Source: an uncultured virus (IMG/VR IMGVR_UViG_3300021438_000002) (taxonomy: Duplodnaviria; Heunggongvirae; Uroviricota; Caudoviricetes). Taken from it: a stretch of 64,000 nt of DNA. The notes beneath the pieces are model-generated. The model saw only the letters and a program-made list of their open reading frames with translations. It did not search any database and had not been told where the DNA came from. How positions within the stretch are numbered: position 1 is the first letter of the stretch; each line of letters opens with the position of its first letter. Below, in pieces: positions 46,690 through 56,559 of the stretch. The position numbers and the translations under genes are program-made. The DNA lies in IMG/VR virus record IMGVR_UViG_3300021438_000002. The stretch is one strand, 5' to 3'.

Positions 46690-49050
46690 ATGACCCAAGC
46701 AATCTATGGTGGCTCTGGTTCCATCTATGGACAAATTTACTATGGACAAAATCCGCAATTAAACTTTAGTGCCCAACCTATGTGGGCTCGTCCGTATCTA
46801 AATTATGGAACAATTCGTGTATTTTGGACTAATCCTACCCCTACTGCTGGAACTTCTTATGTTGGTATCCGTCTTCTTAGAAACTTTGACCAGTACCCAG
46901 AACACGCTGAAGACGGAAAGATTATTCTTGAAAGTTACGGAACAAACCCGACTTTAAATAGCCTTGGTTATCTTGATGACAGTTCTGTAATTGCAGGTCA
47001 ATTTGTTTATTACAGAATCTATTTGCTTATGGGTGCTGACTTTACTGAGGCTCCATTTGAATGGTTTGATGCTGGTACTGCGTTTTGTTTGGCTCCCGCA
47101 GCCCACGACAGCAAGACCCCAGTAAATACTTTTAAAAGCGTTTCATCTAGCAACGTTATAGGCGACGTCCGTATTCCGCAGGCTACTCTGATGACTACCC
47201 ATGATAAGTTCATGAGCCTTCTTCCATCCATTTACCAATACGGTAATGACCAAGGAATTGTTAAAGATGTTCCTACTCCAACTCAAAACAACGACAACCC
47301 ATTGTCTGTGTTTTTAAAGGGGTTCTCATTAACTCTTGATGATTTGATGACTTATGCAGATACTACTAAGCCAGACTCGTCTGGTCGTAGGTTAAACCCT
47401 AGCGTGGTAAACGTAAAGAGTTACCAGTTAGGTCTTCCGATGGACCAAGACGGCAATACTACTCAACAAAAGAAACTTATTCGTAACGCCATCTACACCT
47501 ATAGCCGTAAGGGTACTCGTATTGGTCTTGAAAGATTTGTAGAAGACATTACTGGTAATGACTCAACTATTACAGTTGGACCAAACTTAATGCTGTCTAT
47601 CCAAGATGCTTCGTTCTATAAAGGCATAGGCTTCTGGAAAGTAATTGGCACAGGTGCCACAATTACCTCTGATTTATTTGCTCCAATGGCTATTGGTACT
47701 GGAGAATCTGTATTCGATACTGAGTACACAGGAAAAGTTGTTGTGACATCAGCCAACACAAAAATTACTAATGGATTTGGTGCTCCATTAACCAAAGGTA
47801 TACCAGTAAGCCCGTCTACTGTTTATGACATGGTGTTCAACTACTACGCACCAAATAACTTTGCTTGGAGTATTGATTGGTATGACGTTAGTGGAACATC
47901 CCTTACTTCAGCCACAGGAAGCGTAACTGTAACAGCAAACACCTGGACTAAAGCCTCTGTAAGTTTTACTACTCCACTTACAGCGGTTAAAGGATTATTG
48001 TCATTTACTTTTGCGACTGTCGGAACATACTATCTAGACAGAATTGGTATTTTTCCTGACGTAGCATCTCCTGCTTATACTGAACCTCGTATGGTAACGG
48101 TGTTCTTAAACCCAACAAAAACCAATCTAATAACAAACCCATCTGTAGAAGTTGACACGACTGGGTGGTCTATTACTGGAACTGGAACTAGCATTGCACG
48201 AGTTGCGGAAACTACTACAGACATTCTTGGTCCGAGTTACACGCCTAATGGTTCGTATCTTTTAAAGTCTACATTTGCTACAGGTGCGTGTACTCTTTCT
48301 CCAAACACTACTACAGCCACCGCAAACAATTACTACACGTTTTCTATTTACTCGGCTACTAAAACAGGTAGTCAGCCCTTTGTACTGAACTTAAAAGCCA
48401 GCATGCCAGTTACAATGATTAGCAGCCAAGTGGTCGGTACTACAGGAACTGTTTGGTTCCAACAAGGTCACCCATTTCGTGTTGGAGATGCCATTAGTTT
48501 TACAGGCGGTTCATTGAACGGTACTTCATCTACAGTAACCGCCATTAACGATGCTTCGGTTTCGTTTGTTACTGCTGTAGGTGCGTACACAAAAATTAAC
48601 GACGCAAGTACTGCAACAATCTCCGTATCCGTAGCCTCCATAACAAACTCTGCAACGACTACTTGGGCTAGAAACTCTGTAACTATCTATGTTCCAGCAA
48701 CATGGAAAAGCACCAGTAGTACCTATGGAGTAATCACTCTAGCCCCGACCATTACTACAACAACTGCTAATGGAGTTATTTATTTTGATTCTGCTCAATT
48801 AGAAAACACAGTTACAGCAACCGATTATTTTGATGGTTCATTTACAAGTCAGGGTGGTCAGTGGGCTGGTACAGCATTCAACTCAGTAAGTTATTACTAC
48901 CCAAATCGCACCAAAAGAAGATTAAGACTAAGACTCGCTACTTATACAACTGGCTCAACTAGTTCAGACATTATCAAGGGTTATTTGCCAGCAAACACGC
49001 CTTACATTATCTCGGATTACATTGATGCTGGAGTCATTAAACTTTCGTAG
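46690..49050 (+). CDS. baseplate/tail protein (gpI-like) with carbohydrate-binding-like domains
   Basis: LLPSIY...YSRKGT..GL; NLITNPS.E and YFDGS CBM-like motifs. Confidence 0.7.
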   Translation: MTQAIYGGSGSIYGQIYYGQNPQLNFSAQPMWARPYLNYGTIRVFWTNPTPTAGTSYVGIRLLRNFDQYPEHAEDGKIILESYGTNPTLNSLGYLDDSSVIAGQFVYYRIYLLMGADFTEAPFEWFDAGTAFCLAPAAHDSKTPVNTFKSVSSSNVIGDVRIPQATLMTTHDKFMSLLPSIYQYGNDQGIVKDVPTPTQNNDNPLSVFLKGFSLTLDDLMTYADTTKPDSSGRRLNPSVVNVKSYQLGLPMDQDGNTTQQKKLIRNAIYTYSRKGTRIGLERFVEDITGNDSTITVGPNLMLSIQDASFYKGIGFWKVIGTGATITSDLFAPMAIGTGESVFDTEYTGKVVVTSANTKITNGFGAPLTKGIPVSPSTVYDMVFNYYAPNNFAWSIDWYDVSGTSLTSATGSVTVTANTWTKASVSFTTPLTAVKGLLSFTFATVGTYYLDRIGIFPDVASPAYTEPRMVTVFLNPTKTNLITNPSVEVDTTGWSITGTGTSIARVAETTTDILGPSYTPNGSYLLKSTFATGACTLSPNTTTATANNYYTFSIYSATKTGSQPFVLNLKASMPVTMISSQVVGTTGTVWFQQGHPFRVGDAISFTGGSLNGTSSTVTAINDASVSFVTAVGAYTKINDASTATISVSVASITNSATTTWARNSVTIYVPATWKSTSSTYGVITLAPTITTTTANGVIYFDSAQLENTVTATDYFDGSFTSQGGQWAGTAFNSVSYYYPNRTKRRLRLRLATYTTGSTSSDIIKGYLPANTPYIISDYIDAGVIKLS

Positions 49051-49062
49051 TATGCTGTCCGC

Positions 49063-49332
49063 ATGGACACTTTTTTCGTAGTAATTATTTCTGGTATGGC
49101 GGCAGGTTATGTCGTTGAATTCCTTGTGACTATCCTTGAAAAACTCATAAGTGGCAGAGTACTTAGGACTATTCTGACTGCTCCATTGAGCATTTTGGCT
49201 GTTTGGTCGTTTGGTTTATCTGGTTGGCTGATGGTAGTCGCAGGGTTAGCAGCGGCATTTTTTGCCTTGGTAATCTTGGGGTTAATCAACAAGCCACAAG
49301 TAGTTACGGCTCCCTTGACACGTAGGCTATAG
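49063..49332 (+). CDS. small membrane protein, possible holin
   Basis: Three hydrophobic segments; leaderless TATGCT-N6-ATG. Confidence 0.6.
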   Translation: MDTFFVVIISGMAAGYVVEFLVTILEKLISGRVLRTILTAPLSILAVWSFGLSGWLMVVAGLAAAFFALVILGLINKPQVVTAPLTRRL

Positions 49333-49339
49333 TAGCCCC

Positions 49340-50326
49340 ATGACCGTACCACTACCAGTTGAAGCATTCAGTCTAGAACTAGACGATAAAGAGTTCCGCC
49401 TACTCGTCGCCATGTGCCATCTATCAGCCTCTGACGGGGGCGTAGAAGCCACAATGGAGGACTTGGCAATCCTGACTCGTCGAGGCGAAGAGAACGTCCG
49501 TAGGGCTCTCAGAGGGCTGGAATCAAAAGGTCTTGTTCAGACCACTAGAACCAAGCGAAACCTTGGTCGTCTATACAAAAATCGATACACTTTGACCCAC
49601 TGTATGGTGGGGTCAGAAACAACTGTCATCCACCATACGGTGGGGTCAACAGGTGGTACGCAGGTGGTACCAGTTATTACTAATACTACTAATAGTCAAG
49701 TAAGTAGGGTAATAAATACTACGTATTTATTAGTGGGAAACGAAGTTCCCCACAAGGAGGAAACTATGAACCGATGGGAAGAAGACGACGACACAGTCGC
49801 ATTTGGATTACTGGATGGCGAACTACCAGCCAAGCAAGCACAGGCTAGAGTCAGCGATAAACGCAAGCCAAAGACTCGTGGCAATAGACCAGTCACAGAC
49901 TGGACAACCTACGATGTTGCCTGCGAGTTTTCCTACCGCCTCAGCCGCAAGTTCCCCTTGATTCCTGGGTTAGTCAATGTCAAAGGATTGGCAGGTGCCT
50001 TGGCTAAGAACCGCCGTGAGTACGGCATTACTTCGGTAGTCGAGATTGAAGTCATGGATTTATTCTTTGGCGATGAACGTCGATGGCGTGCTGCAGAACA
50101 GCATCCTGAAAAGATTCACGGTAAGTACCTACGCATGTTCACCACCAATTTGGAAGAGGCTCTAGGTAACCTGGGCATGCTTGACCAACTCAGCACAACA
50201 GCCACAGTAGAAACCAAAGGTTCTTTTGTGTATGCTTCTGATGGAACACGCTTCAACGATTCATTCTTGGGGCGTAAAGCGTTACAGCAACATGAGCAAG
50301 ATTTGGAGAACACCCGTGCCCTATGA
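49340..50326 (+). CDS. replication initiator with N-terminal winged HTH
   Basis: MEDLA...VRRALRGLESKGLV...NRYTL; upstream of a DnaC-like loader; internal repeats. Confidence 0.7.
   Translation: MTVPLPVEAFSLELDDKEFRLLVAMCHLSASDGGVEATMEDLAILTRRGEENVRRALRGLESKGLVQTTRTKRNLGRLYKNRYTLTHCMVGSETTVIHHTVGSTGGTQVVPVITNTTNSQVSRVINTTYLLVGNEVPHKEETMNRWEEDDDTVAFGLLDGELPAKQAQARVSDKRKPKTRGNRPVTDWTTYDVACEFSYRLSRKFPLIPGLVNVKGLAGALAKNRREYGITSVVEIEVMDLFFGDERRWRAAEQHPEKIHGKYLRMFTTNLEEALGNLGMLDQLSTTATVETKGSFVYASDGTRFNDSFLGRKALQQHEQDLENTRAL
49593..49731. repeat. putative replication origin (iterons plus AT-rich tract) inside the initiator gene
   Basis: CCAC-N6-GTGGGGTCA x2, CAGGTGGTAC x2, AT-rich tract, inverted repeat AATAAATAC/GTATTTATT. 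Confidence 0.55.
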
Positions 50327-51044
50327 TTTAAACTCTTTATCCCCGATGAAGCGTGCTTGGATTATGCATAACTCAAACATTCCTGAAAGGTTTTTTGGAT
50401 GGGGCAAAGAAGACATCCAAAGAGACCTAGGTGTATTTCCAAAAGAAGTTGAACATTGGCTAACTCAAGCCTTGTCTGGCAAAATCATCAAGTGCCAAGG
50501 TGGTTTAGGAACTACTGGAGTAGGACTAGGGTTTGATGGACCTCCAGGTCGTGGCAAGACTACTCATGCTGTAACTACAATCATGGAATTCATTAGAAAT
50601 CTTCCTGAAGATGAGGAAGAAATTGCCAAGATACTTGGTTACAAGTTAGAGGACTTGAGCCGTAAGTGTCGCCCAATCTACTACTTGACTTTCCCTGACT
50701 TGTTCAATCGCAAGAAAGCAATCTTTGATGCCCGTGACGAGGAACGCCAAAGACTTATTGACGAAATGGAAGGTCTTCACGGTCGTGCCAAGGACGACAG
50801 ACTCAACGTTCGTATCCTAGTTCTTGATGACCTAGGCAAAGAGTACGGCTCGACTTTTAATGACGCTGCCTTTGATGAAATCCTACGCTCACGCTATGAC
50901 AAAGCCATTCCAAACATAGTTACTACCAATGTTCTTATAGAGAACTGGGGCAAACAATACAAAGATGCCATGGGCTCATTCGCTTACGAGGCTTTTAGAC
51001 AAGTTACGTTGGATAATAGAACTGACCTACGGAGGTCAAATTGA
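50226..51044 (+). CDS. DnaC/IstB-like AAA+ helicase loader
   Basis: GPPGRGKT, ILVLDDLGKE, RY...IVTTN. Confidence 0.85.
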   Translation: MCMLLMEHASTIHSWGVKRYSNMSKIWRTPVPYDLNSLSPMKRAWIMHNSNIPERFFGWGKEDIQRDLGVFPKEVEHWLTQALSGKIIKCQGGLGTTGVGLGFDGPPGRGKTTHAVTTIMEFIRNLPEDEEEIAKILGYKLEDLSRKCRPIYYLTFPDLFNRKKAIFDARDEERQRLIDEMEGLHGRAKDDRLNVRILVLDDLGKEYGSTFNDAAFDEILRSRYDKAIPNIVTTNVLIENWGKQYKDAMGSFAYEAFRQVTLDNRTDLRRSN

Positions 51045-51346
51045 AAGGTTCTAGTATGGAAAGCGAATGGCGTACAGTCCAAATCTTCTTAGACGAAGAA
51101 GTGACTGGCGTGTTTGAGGTTCAAGTAAGCAATACAAACTCAAAGAAGTTATCTTGCTCTTGCAACACCTACGCTAATTCATCCAAGTGCAGGCACATCC
51201 GTTATGTAAAAAACGCCATGGACAATAACTCAGGTCACTACGCTATCCAGATACCAGCCACAGCAACCGAAGATGCCAGAGACATAAGTACTGCTGAGGA
51301 ATGGCGTAACTTTGTAGTTAAACACGCCAAAGTAATAGTCCTGTGA
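51041..51346 (+). CDS. SWIM zinc-finger protein
   Basis: CSC...CRH motif. Confidence 0.7.
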   Translation: MKGSSMESEWRTVQIFLDEEVTGVFEVQVSNTNSKKLSCSCNTYANSSKCRHIRYVKNAMDNNSGHYAIQIPATATEDARDISTAEEWRNFVVKHAKVIVL

Positions 51347-51762
51347 GAGGCGGCGACATCTCCAACGAGACATCCCCAAAGATTGTTGTTGTAATCGATG
51401 TTGTTGGAACTGTAGTAACTGAGGAAGTCAACAAAGGATTTCTAAGAAAAGAACAGATTCAAAGAGTAAAAACTATTGACTTGAAAAACGTTTCTCAGTT
51501 ATGGAACTTGGGTAACAAGTATGGGTTGTCAATAGAGTTAGCGGCTTTTGCCAGTGATGGTTGGACCCAAGAGATGCTAGAAGAAGTAATGGAAAAATTG
51601 GAAAGAAGAGTCTCAAATCCCTTCAACTATGCGGAAGTTTACGCAGACATTGAAGAACTAATCTCGGTACTTCCATACCGTGCAAACCTAAAGGGAGTAG
51701 TTGATGTGCAAGAACGTGTTGCACGATACGGCTCCTATGGTGTAGAACTAAATAATCTTTAA
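51343..51762 (+). CDS. hypothetical protein, possibly a degenerate HAD-like fold
   Basis: ORF track; IVVVID motif. Confidence 0.5.
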   Translation: MRGGDISNETSPKIVVVIDVVGTVVTEEVNKGFLRKEQIQRVKTIDLKNVSQLWNLGNKYGLSIELAAFASDGWTQEMLEEVMEKLERRVSNPFNYAEVYADIEELISVLPYRANLKGVVDVQERVARYGSYGVELNNL

Positions 51763-51779
51763 AAAAGAACGAGGGTAAA

Positions 51780-53030
51780 ATGGCTTACGATAACGAACAC
51801 AGACTTGTAAGCAAAGTCATCATGGACCGTGACATTGTCAGGGTTATTGAGCAAGGCATCAAAGACGAGTGGTTTGTTGATAGCGACCTACGTCGAGTTT
51901 GGAAGTTTGTTCGTGAGCACTACTCTAACTACCGTGAAGTGCCTACACACATAGCCGTCCATGACAACTTCCCTAACTTTAAAATCCTAAAAAATGTCGA
52001 AGACACTATCGATTATTTGATTGACCAGATGGTTTCATTCCGTCGCCGTACCCTGACCCGTAACGGTATCGAGAACGTAATCGAATTAGTCCAACAGAAT
52101 GACCACGAGGCTGCTCTGTCAGAAATGAGCAACACTGTCACAGTGGTAAACGCTCAAGGTGTCATTGGAACAACCCACTTAGACCTCACCAAGGACCCAG
52201 ATAAGTTTTGGGATGAATACCAAAGCGTGCAGAACTCGGTCCTCCTTGGGGTTCCTACGGGCTTTGACAAGATAGATAAGGCTACTGCAGGGCTACAGGG
52301 CGGTCAGTTGATTACTGTTATCGCTCCACCTAAGACAGGTAAGTCACAGATTTGCTTACGTATGGCTACCAACGTGCATGATGCGGGACTTACTCCAATG
52401 TTCCAATCCTTTGAGATGAACAACCACGAGCAGACTCAACGCTATTACTCCATGGCATCGAACGTTTCAAACGCAAGACTGCGTCTTGGAAACCTTAACA
52501 CTCAAGAAGAAGAACGATTAATCAAAACTATTGATGGGCTAAAGATTAAGCATCCATTCCACTTCGTGGATGCCGTTAACGGTTTAACAGTAGATTCACT
52601 GATGGCAAAGGCAGAACAACTAAAGCCTGATGTGCTGTTTGTTGACGGTGTATACCTGATGCTTGACCAAGTAACAGGCGAGGCAAATACTCCACAGGCT
52701 TTGACCAACATCACCCGTGCCCTAAAGCGTGTCGCTCAACGCCTAGACATCCCAGTAATTATCAGCACACAAACTTTGTTATGGAAGATGCGTGGCGGTA
52801 AAGTAACTGCGGACTCCATTGGTTACTCGTCATCATTTTTTCAAGACTCAGATGTCATCCTAGGTTTAGAAGAGGTAGAAGAAGACGATAAGGTTCGTCT
52901 ACTAAAAGTTGTTCAGGCTCGTAACTGTCCGCCATCCGAGACCAGCATTACTTGGAATTGGGAGACAGGATGTTTCCATGACGAATCAGCCAAGTGTTCT
53001 TACTGCACCGTGTATGGAATCAAGCCTTGA
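51780..53030 (+). CDS. dnaB: replicative DNA helicase
   Basis: GVPTGF..ID, APPKTGKS, SFEM, LFVDG, QDSDVIL. Confidence 0.9.
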   Translation: MAYDNEHRLVSKVIMDRDIVRVIEQGIKDEWFVDSDLRRVWKFVREHYSNYREVPTHIAVHDNFPNFKILKNVEDTIDYLIDQMVSFRRRTLTRNGIENVIELVQQNDHEAALSEMSNTVTVVNAQGVIGTTHLDLTKDPDKFWDEYQSVQNSVLLGVPTGFDKIDKATAGLQGGQLITVIAPPKTGKSQICLRMATNVHDAGLTPMFQSFEMNNHEQTQRYYSMASNVSNARLRLGNLNTQEEERLIKTIDGLKIKHPFHFVDAVNGLTVDSLMAKAEQLKPDVLFVDGVYLMLDQVTGEANTPQALTNITRALKRVAQRLDIPVIISTQTLLWKMRGGKVTADSIGYSSSFFQDSDVILGLEEVEEDDKVRLLKVVQARNCPPSETSITWNWETGCFHDESAKCSYCTVYGIKP

Positions 53031-54034
53031 AAACTTTTGACATCCCAACAGTCCTAACCGCTTTAGGTATGGACTACTCCGAACGTGGTGCCGAGGCTAA
53101 TGCTTTATGTCCTATGCATTCCAGACGCACAGGAAAAGAAGACCATTCGCCTTCGTGGTGGATAAACCTTGAGTCAGGCATGCACACTTGTTTCTCTTGT
53201 GGATACAAGGGCAACTTAGTCCAGTTAGTCTGTGACATAAAAGACTTTTACATAGAGGTCTGGGATGTCCGTACAGAGTACGACTACAAGGCAGCCGAGG
53301 CTTGGATTGCCAGCGTTGCTGAAGTTCCTATCGAAGTTCTTGTGGAGATGGTAAAGAGATTACCTACCTACATTCTGCCTTCACCTAAGCCAATCCAAAT
53401 GTCAGAGGCTAGATTAGCCGTGTTTACTGCCCCTCCTATGGAGGCTATGGAGAGTAGGTCCCTTTCCCCTGTGGAGGTCCATAGATACTCCGTAATGTGG
53501 GAGCCTGCCACCAAGACTTGGATACTTCCACTTCGAGACCCCGACACACATACCCTGTTGGGTTGGCAGGAAAAGGGTACAATTGACCGTACCTTTAAAA
53601 ACCGCCCAGTAGGACTACATAAGTCCAGGACATTATTCGGAATCGAGAACCAAAATAAAGATGTTGTATTTGTTGTGGAGTCTCCCCTTGATTGCGTCCG
53701 TATGGCTTCTGCTGGAGTTACTGGAGCGGTGGCAATCTGTGGAGCGACAGTCTCAGAAGAACAAATCAAACTAATCAGAGCCTCTGATAAAGTTATTGTT
53801 GCTTTAGACAATCCAAACTTTGATAAAGCAGGTCGCAAAGGTTGTGAAGAGTTTCGTAAGTACGCACGTCAATACGGAATGAACTTATTCTTCTTTAACT
53901 ATGGAATTTCTGAAAAGAAAGACCCAGGTGAGATGACAGATGAAGAGATACTTTGGGGAATAGCAACCGCTAAACCTTCAATACTTGGAGAACAGGCTTA
54001 TGTTTCAAGGAACATTGAAACCGTATCAGGTTGA
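52994..54034 (+). CDS. dnaG: DNA primase (CHC2 zinc finger plus TOPRIM)
   Basis: CPMH...CFSC; VVESPLD; ALDN; KDPG. Confidence 0.85.
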   Translation: MFLLHRVWNQALKTFDIPTVLTALGMDYSERGAEANALCPMHSRRTGKEDHSPSWWINLESGMHTCFSCGYKGNLVQLVCDIKDFYIEVWDVRTEYDYKAAEAWIASVAEVPIEVLVEMVKRLPTYILPSPKPIQMSEARLAVFTAPPMEAMESRSLSPVEVHRYSVMWEPATKTWILPLRDPDTHTLLGWQEKGTIDRTFKNRPVGLHKSRTLFGIENQNKDVVFVVESPLDCVRMASAGVTGAVAICGATVSEEQIKLIRASDKVIVALDNPNFDKAGRKGCEEFRKYARQYGMNLFFFNYGISEKKDPGEMTDEEILWGIATAKPSILGEQAYVSRNIETVSG

Positions 54035-55553
54035 CGCTGTCGCCAAGATGGTGGCTAAGAAGCAAGTCCTTGTCGCCTATGAAATGGGTCTCGGTAAAAC
54101 ACCGATGACTATTGCTGCTATTGAAAAGCAGTCACCCAAACTAACCTTGGTACTTTGCCTAGCCAGTTTGAAATACCAATGGCAAAAAGAAATAGCCAAG
54201 TTCTCAGACAGTACCTCCATAGTGATAGATGGAACGTCGACTCAACGAAGCAAACAATACGAACAAATGTTCGAACACAAGTATGTAATCATGAACTACG
54301 AACAAGTAGTTAACGATTGGGATGTCATTAAGAACATCGACTTCAATGCTGTGGTCTGTGACGAGGCAACCGCTATCAAAGGATTCAGGGCAAAGAGAGC
54401 CAAGCGAGTTAAAGACCTGGCTAAAAGAATTCCAATAAGATACGCCTTAACTGGCACACCTATTGAGAACGGCAGACCAGAAGAAATCTTCTCCATCATG
54501 CAGTTTGTAAACCCACAGGCTCTAGGTCGCTTTGACATTTTTGACAAGACATTTATAGTTCGTAATCACTTTGGCGGGGTTCAGAGATACCGCAATCTTC
54601 CTTTGCTCCATAAGACTTTAATGGACCACTCAGTCCGCAAAGCACAGAAGGATGAGGATGTTAAGCCGTATCTACCCGATGCTGTGTACCGAGACCCAAT
54701 CATTGTGAAGTTAGACCGCAAGAGCCAACAACTGTACGACCACATAGCCAAAGATTTATACAGGGTTCTTATGGAGGCTAAAGAACTATTGGGAAGCAAC
54801 TTCAACATTGCCGCTCACTATGGACAAACCTATGACGCTAATGACCCAGCCAATCAGATTCGTGGTGAAGTCATGTCCCGAATAACCGCACTACGAATGC
54901 TGTGTTCAAATCCTTTCTTACTCCATAACAGTGCGGCTAATTTTGAGAAGCACACAGGCAAAGGCAGTGCCTACATTCATTCCATCCTGGAGCAGTTAGA
55001 TGGCGTAGCAAAAACGCCAAAACAAGACACGCTTATTGCTTACCTTAAAGACCACCTAGACATAGACAACACCTACAAGGCTGTAGTATTTACTTCGTAT
55101 TTAGATTCAGTTAGTGCCATTACAAAATCTTTAAACGATTCAGGCTATGGAGCAGTAGCCTATACAGGAGAGATGAATGCCAAACAAAAAGAGTCAGCCA
55201 AAGTATCCTTTCAGACCGAGCAAGACGTTCGTGTTCTGGTATCTAGTGACGCTGGTGGCTATGGGGTGGATTTGCCTCAAGGTAATCTTTTAGTAAACTA
55301 TGACCAGCCATGGTCTGCTGGACTTTCCGTCCAACGCAATGGTAGAATCAACCGCACATCATCAGAGTGGGAAGTAATCACTGTGCAAGACATACTTGTG
55401 GCAGGCTCCATTGAGCAGAGGCAGTACGACATGCTAAAGCAAAAAGGAAATGTCGCAGGAGCAATCCTTGATGGCTCTGGAATTAATTCCAAGGGTGGGG
55501 TTGACTTAACTGTAGGCAGTCTTATAGACTTCCTAACAACCAAATTAATTTAG
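54000..55553 (+). CDS. SNF2-family helicase
   Basis: LKPYQ, EMGLGKT, CDEA, LTGTPIEN, QRNGRINR. Confidence 0.88.
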   Translation: MFQGTLKPYQVDAVAKMVAKKQVLVAYEMGLGKTPMTIAAIEKQSPKLTLVLCLASLKYQWQKEIAKFSDSTSIVIDGTSTQRSKQYEQMFEHKYVIMNYEQVVNDWDVIKNIDFNAVVCDEATAIKGFRAKRAKRVKDLAKRIPIRYALTGTPIENGRPEEIFSIMQFVNPQALGRFDIFDKTFIVRNHFGGVQRYRNLPLLHKTLMDHSVRKAQKDEDVKPYLPDAVYRDPIIVKLDRKSQQLYDHIAKDLYRVLMEAKELLGSNFNIAAHYGQTYDANDPANQIRGEVMSRITALRMLCSNPFLLHNSAANFEKHTGKGSAYIHSILEQLDGVAKTPKQDTLIAYLKDHLDIDNTYKAVVFTSYLDSVSAITKSLNDSGYGAVAYTGEMNAKQKESAKVSFQTEQDVRVLVSSDAGGYGVDLPQGNLLVNYDQPWSAGLSVQRNGRINRTSSEWEVITVQDILVAGSIEQRQYDMLKQKGNVAGAILDGSGINSKGGVDLTVGSLIDFLTTKLI

Positions 55554-55562
55554 GAGAATTAA

Positions 55563-56006
55563 ATGGCAAATACAGCACCAGAAGAGGGCTTACGTTTCTC
55601 AAGTCCAGATGACTTAGAATCACAAGTACGTGAGTACATCAAACTTAAATCAACAATGGAAGTCCTAGAGACCCGTCAGAAAGAACTTCGTGAGAAGTTG
55701 TTTGAAAAGATTGACGAGAATGGTTTTGAAGACGACAAGGGCAACGTAATCCTTGAACTCGAAGCCACCATTGAAGAGGTCGTACGCTTAGAGAAGCAGC
55801 GTCGAGTAACTCGTAAGATTGATGAAACCAAGGCGGATGAAATCATTGCTGAAAAGCAACTTGAGGACAGTGTCTACGAGATGAAGCGTGTCATTAATGA
55901 GGATGCTTTGATGGCTGCTCATTACGAAGGTAAGATTTCAGAAGATGAAATCGACGAGATGTTCCCTGCAAAAATTGTTTGGGCTCTAACTACCAAAAAG
56001 AAGTAA
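55563..56006 (+). CDS. hypothetical coiled-coil protein of the replication module
   Basis: SD AGGAG; ORF track. Confidence 0.65.
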   Translation: MANTAPEEGLRFSSPDDLESQVREYIKLKSTMEVLETRQKELREKLFEKIDENGFEDDKGNVILELEATIEEVVRLEKQRRVTRKIDETKADEIIAEKQLEDSVYEMKRVINEDALMAAHYEGKISEDEIDEMFPAKIVWALTTKKK

Positions 56007-56014
56007 TAGATTTC

Positions 56015-56494
56015 ATGGCTGGATTACGCAGCGACAAGGAAATCCTCAAAGCATTTGAAGGATTGAATCTCGCTCCTGGGTCTAAACAACCTAGACGTAC
56101 TGTGACTGAAAAGTCCCAGAAAATCCGTGCCAAGATTCTTGGTGAATCTAATGGTTGGGATAAATCCCCAATCATTAAAACCATCAAGGGAATAGAGACA
56201 GAGTTATTTACTGTCGGTGCACTTGCACTAGCATTAGAGAAACAAGTTGTCACTATCCGATTCTGGGAGAAGAAGGGATTTTTTCCTAACGCCCCCTATC
56301 GTCTACGTTCAAAAAGTTTGAATGGGAATAAAGTAAATGGTAATCGAGTTTATACTCGTGAACTAATTGAAATTGCTATTCAAGAGTTTAACCAACGTGG
56401 ACTTCTCGGCTCCGCTCGTATAGAGTGGAGTAAGCACGAGGACCTGACCGATGCAATAGTAAAGCGTTGGAAAGAATCCGTGGAGAAACCCTGA
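56015..56494 (+). CDS. MerR-like HTH DNA-binding protein
   Basis: FTVGALALAL...TIRFWEKKG..P...GNRVYT. Confidence 0.7.
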   Translation: MAGLRSDKEILKAFEGLNLAPGSKQPRRTVTEKSQKIRAKILGESNGWDKSPIIKTIKGIETELFTVGALALALEKQVVTIRFWEKKGFFPNAPYRLRSKSLNGNKVNGNRVYTRELIEIAIQEFNQRGLLGSARIEWSKHEDLTDAIVKRWKESVEKP

Positions 56495-56559
56495 GAGTCA
56501 ACCGACCTCATAACCAACCGAGACCGCAAGGCTCACTACCAAATAAGGAGATGGTCATT

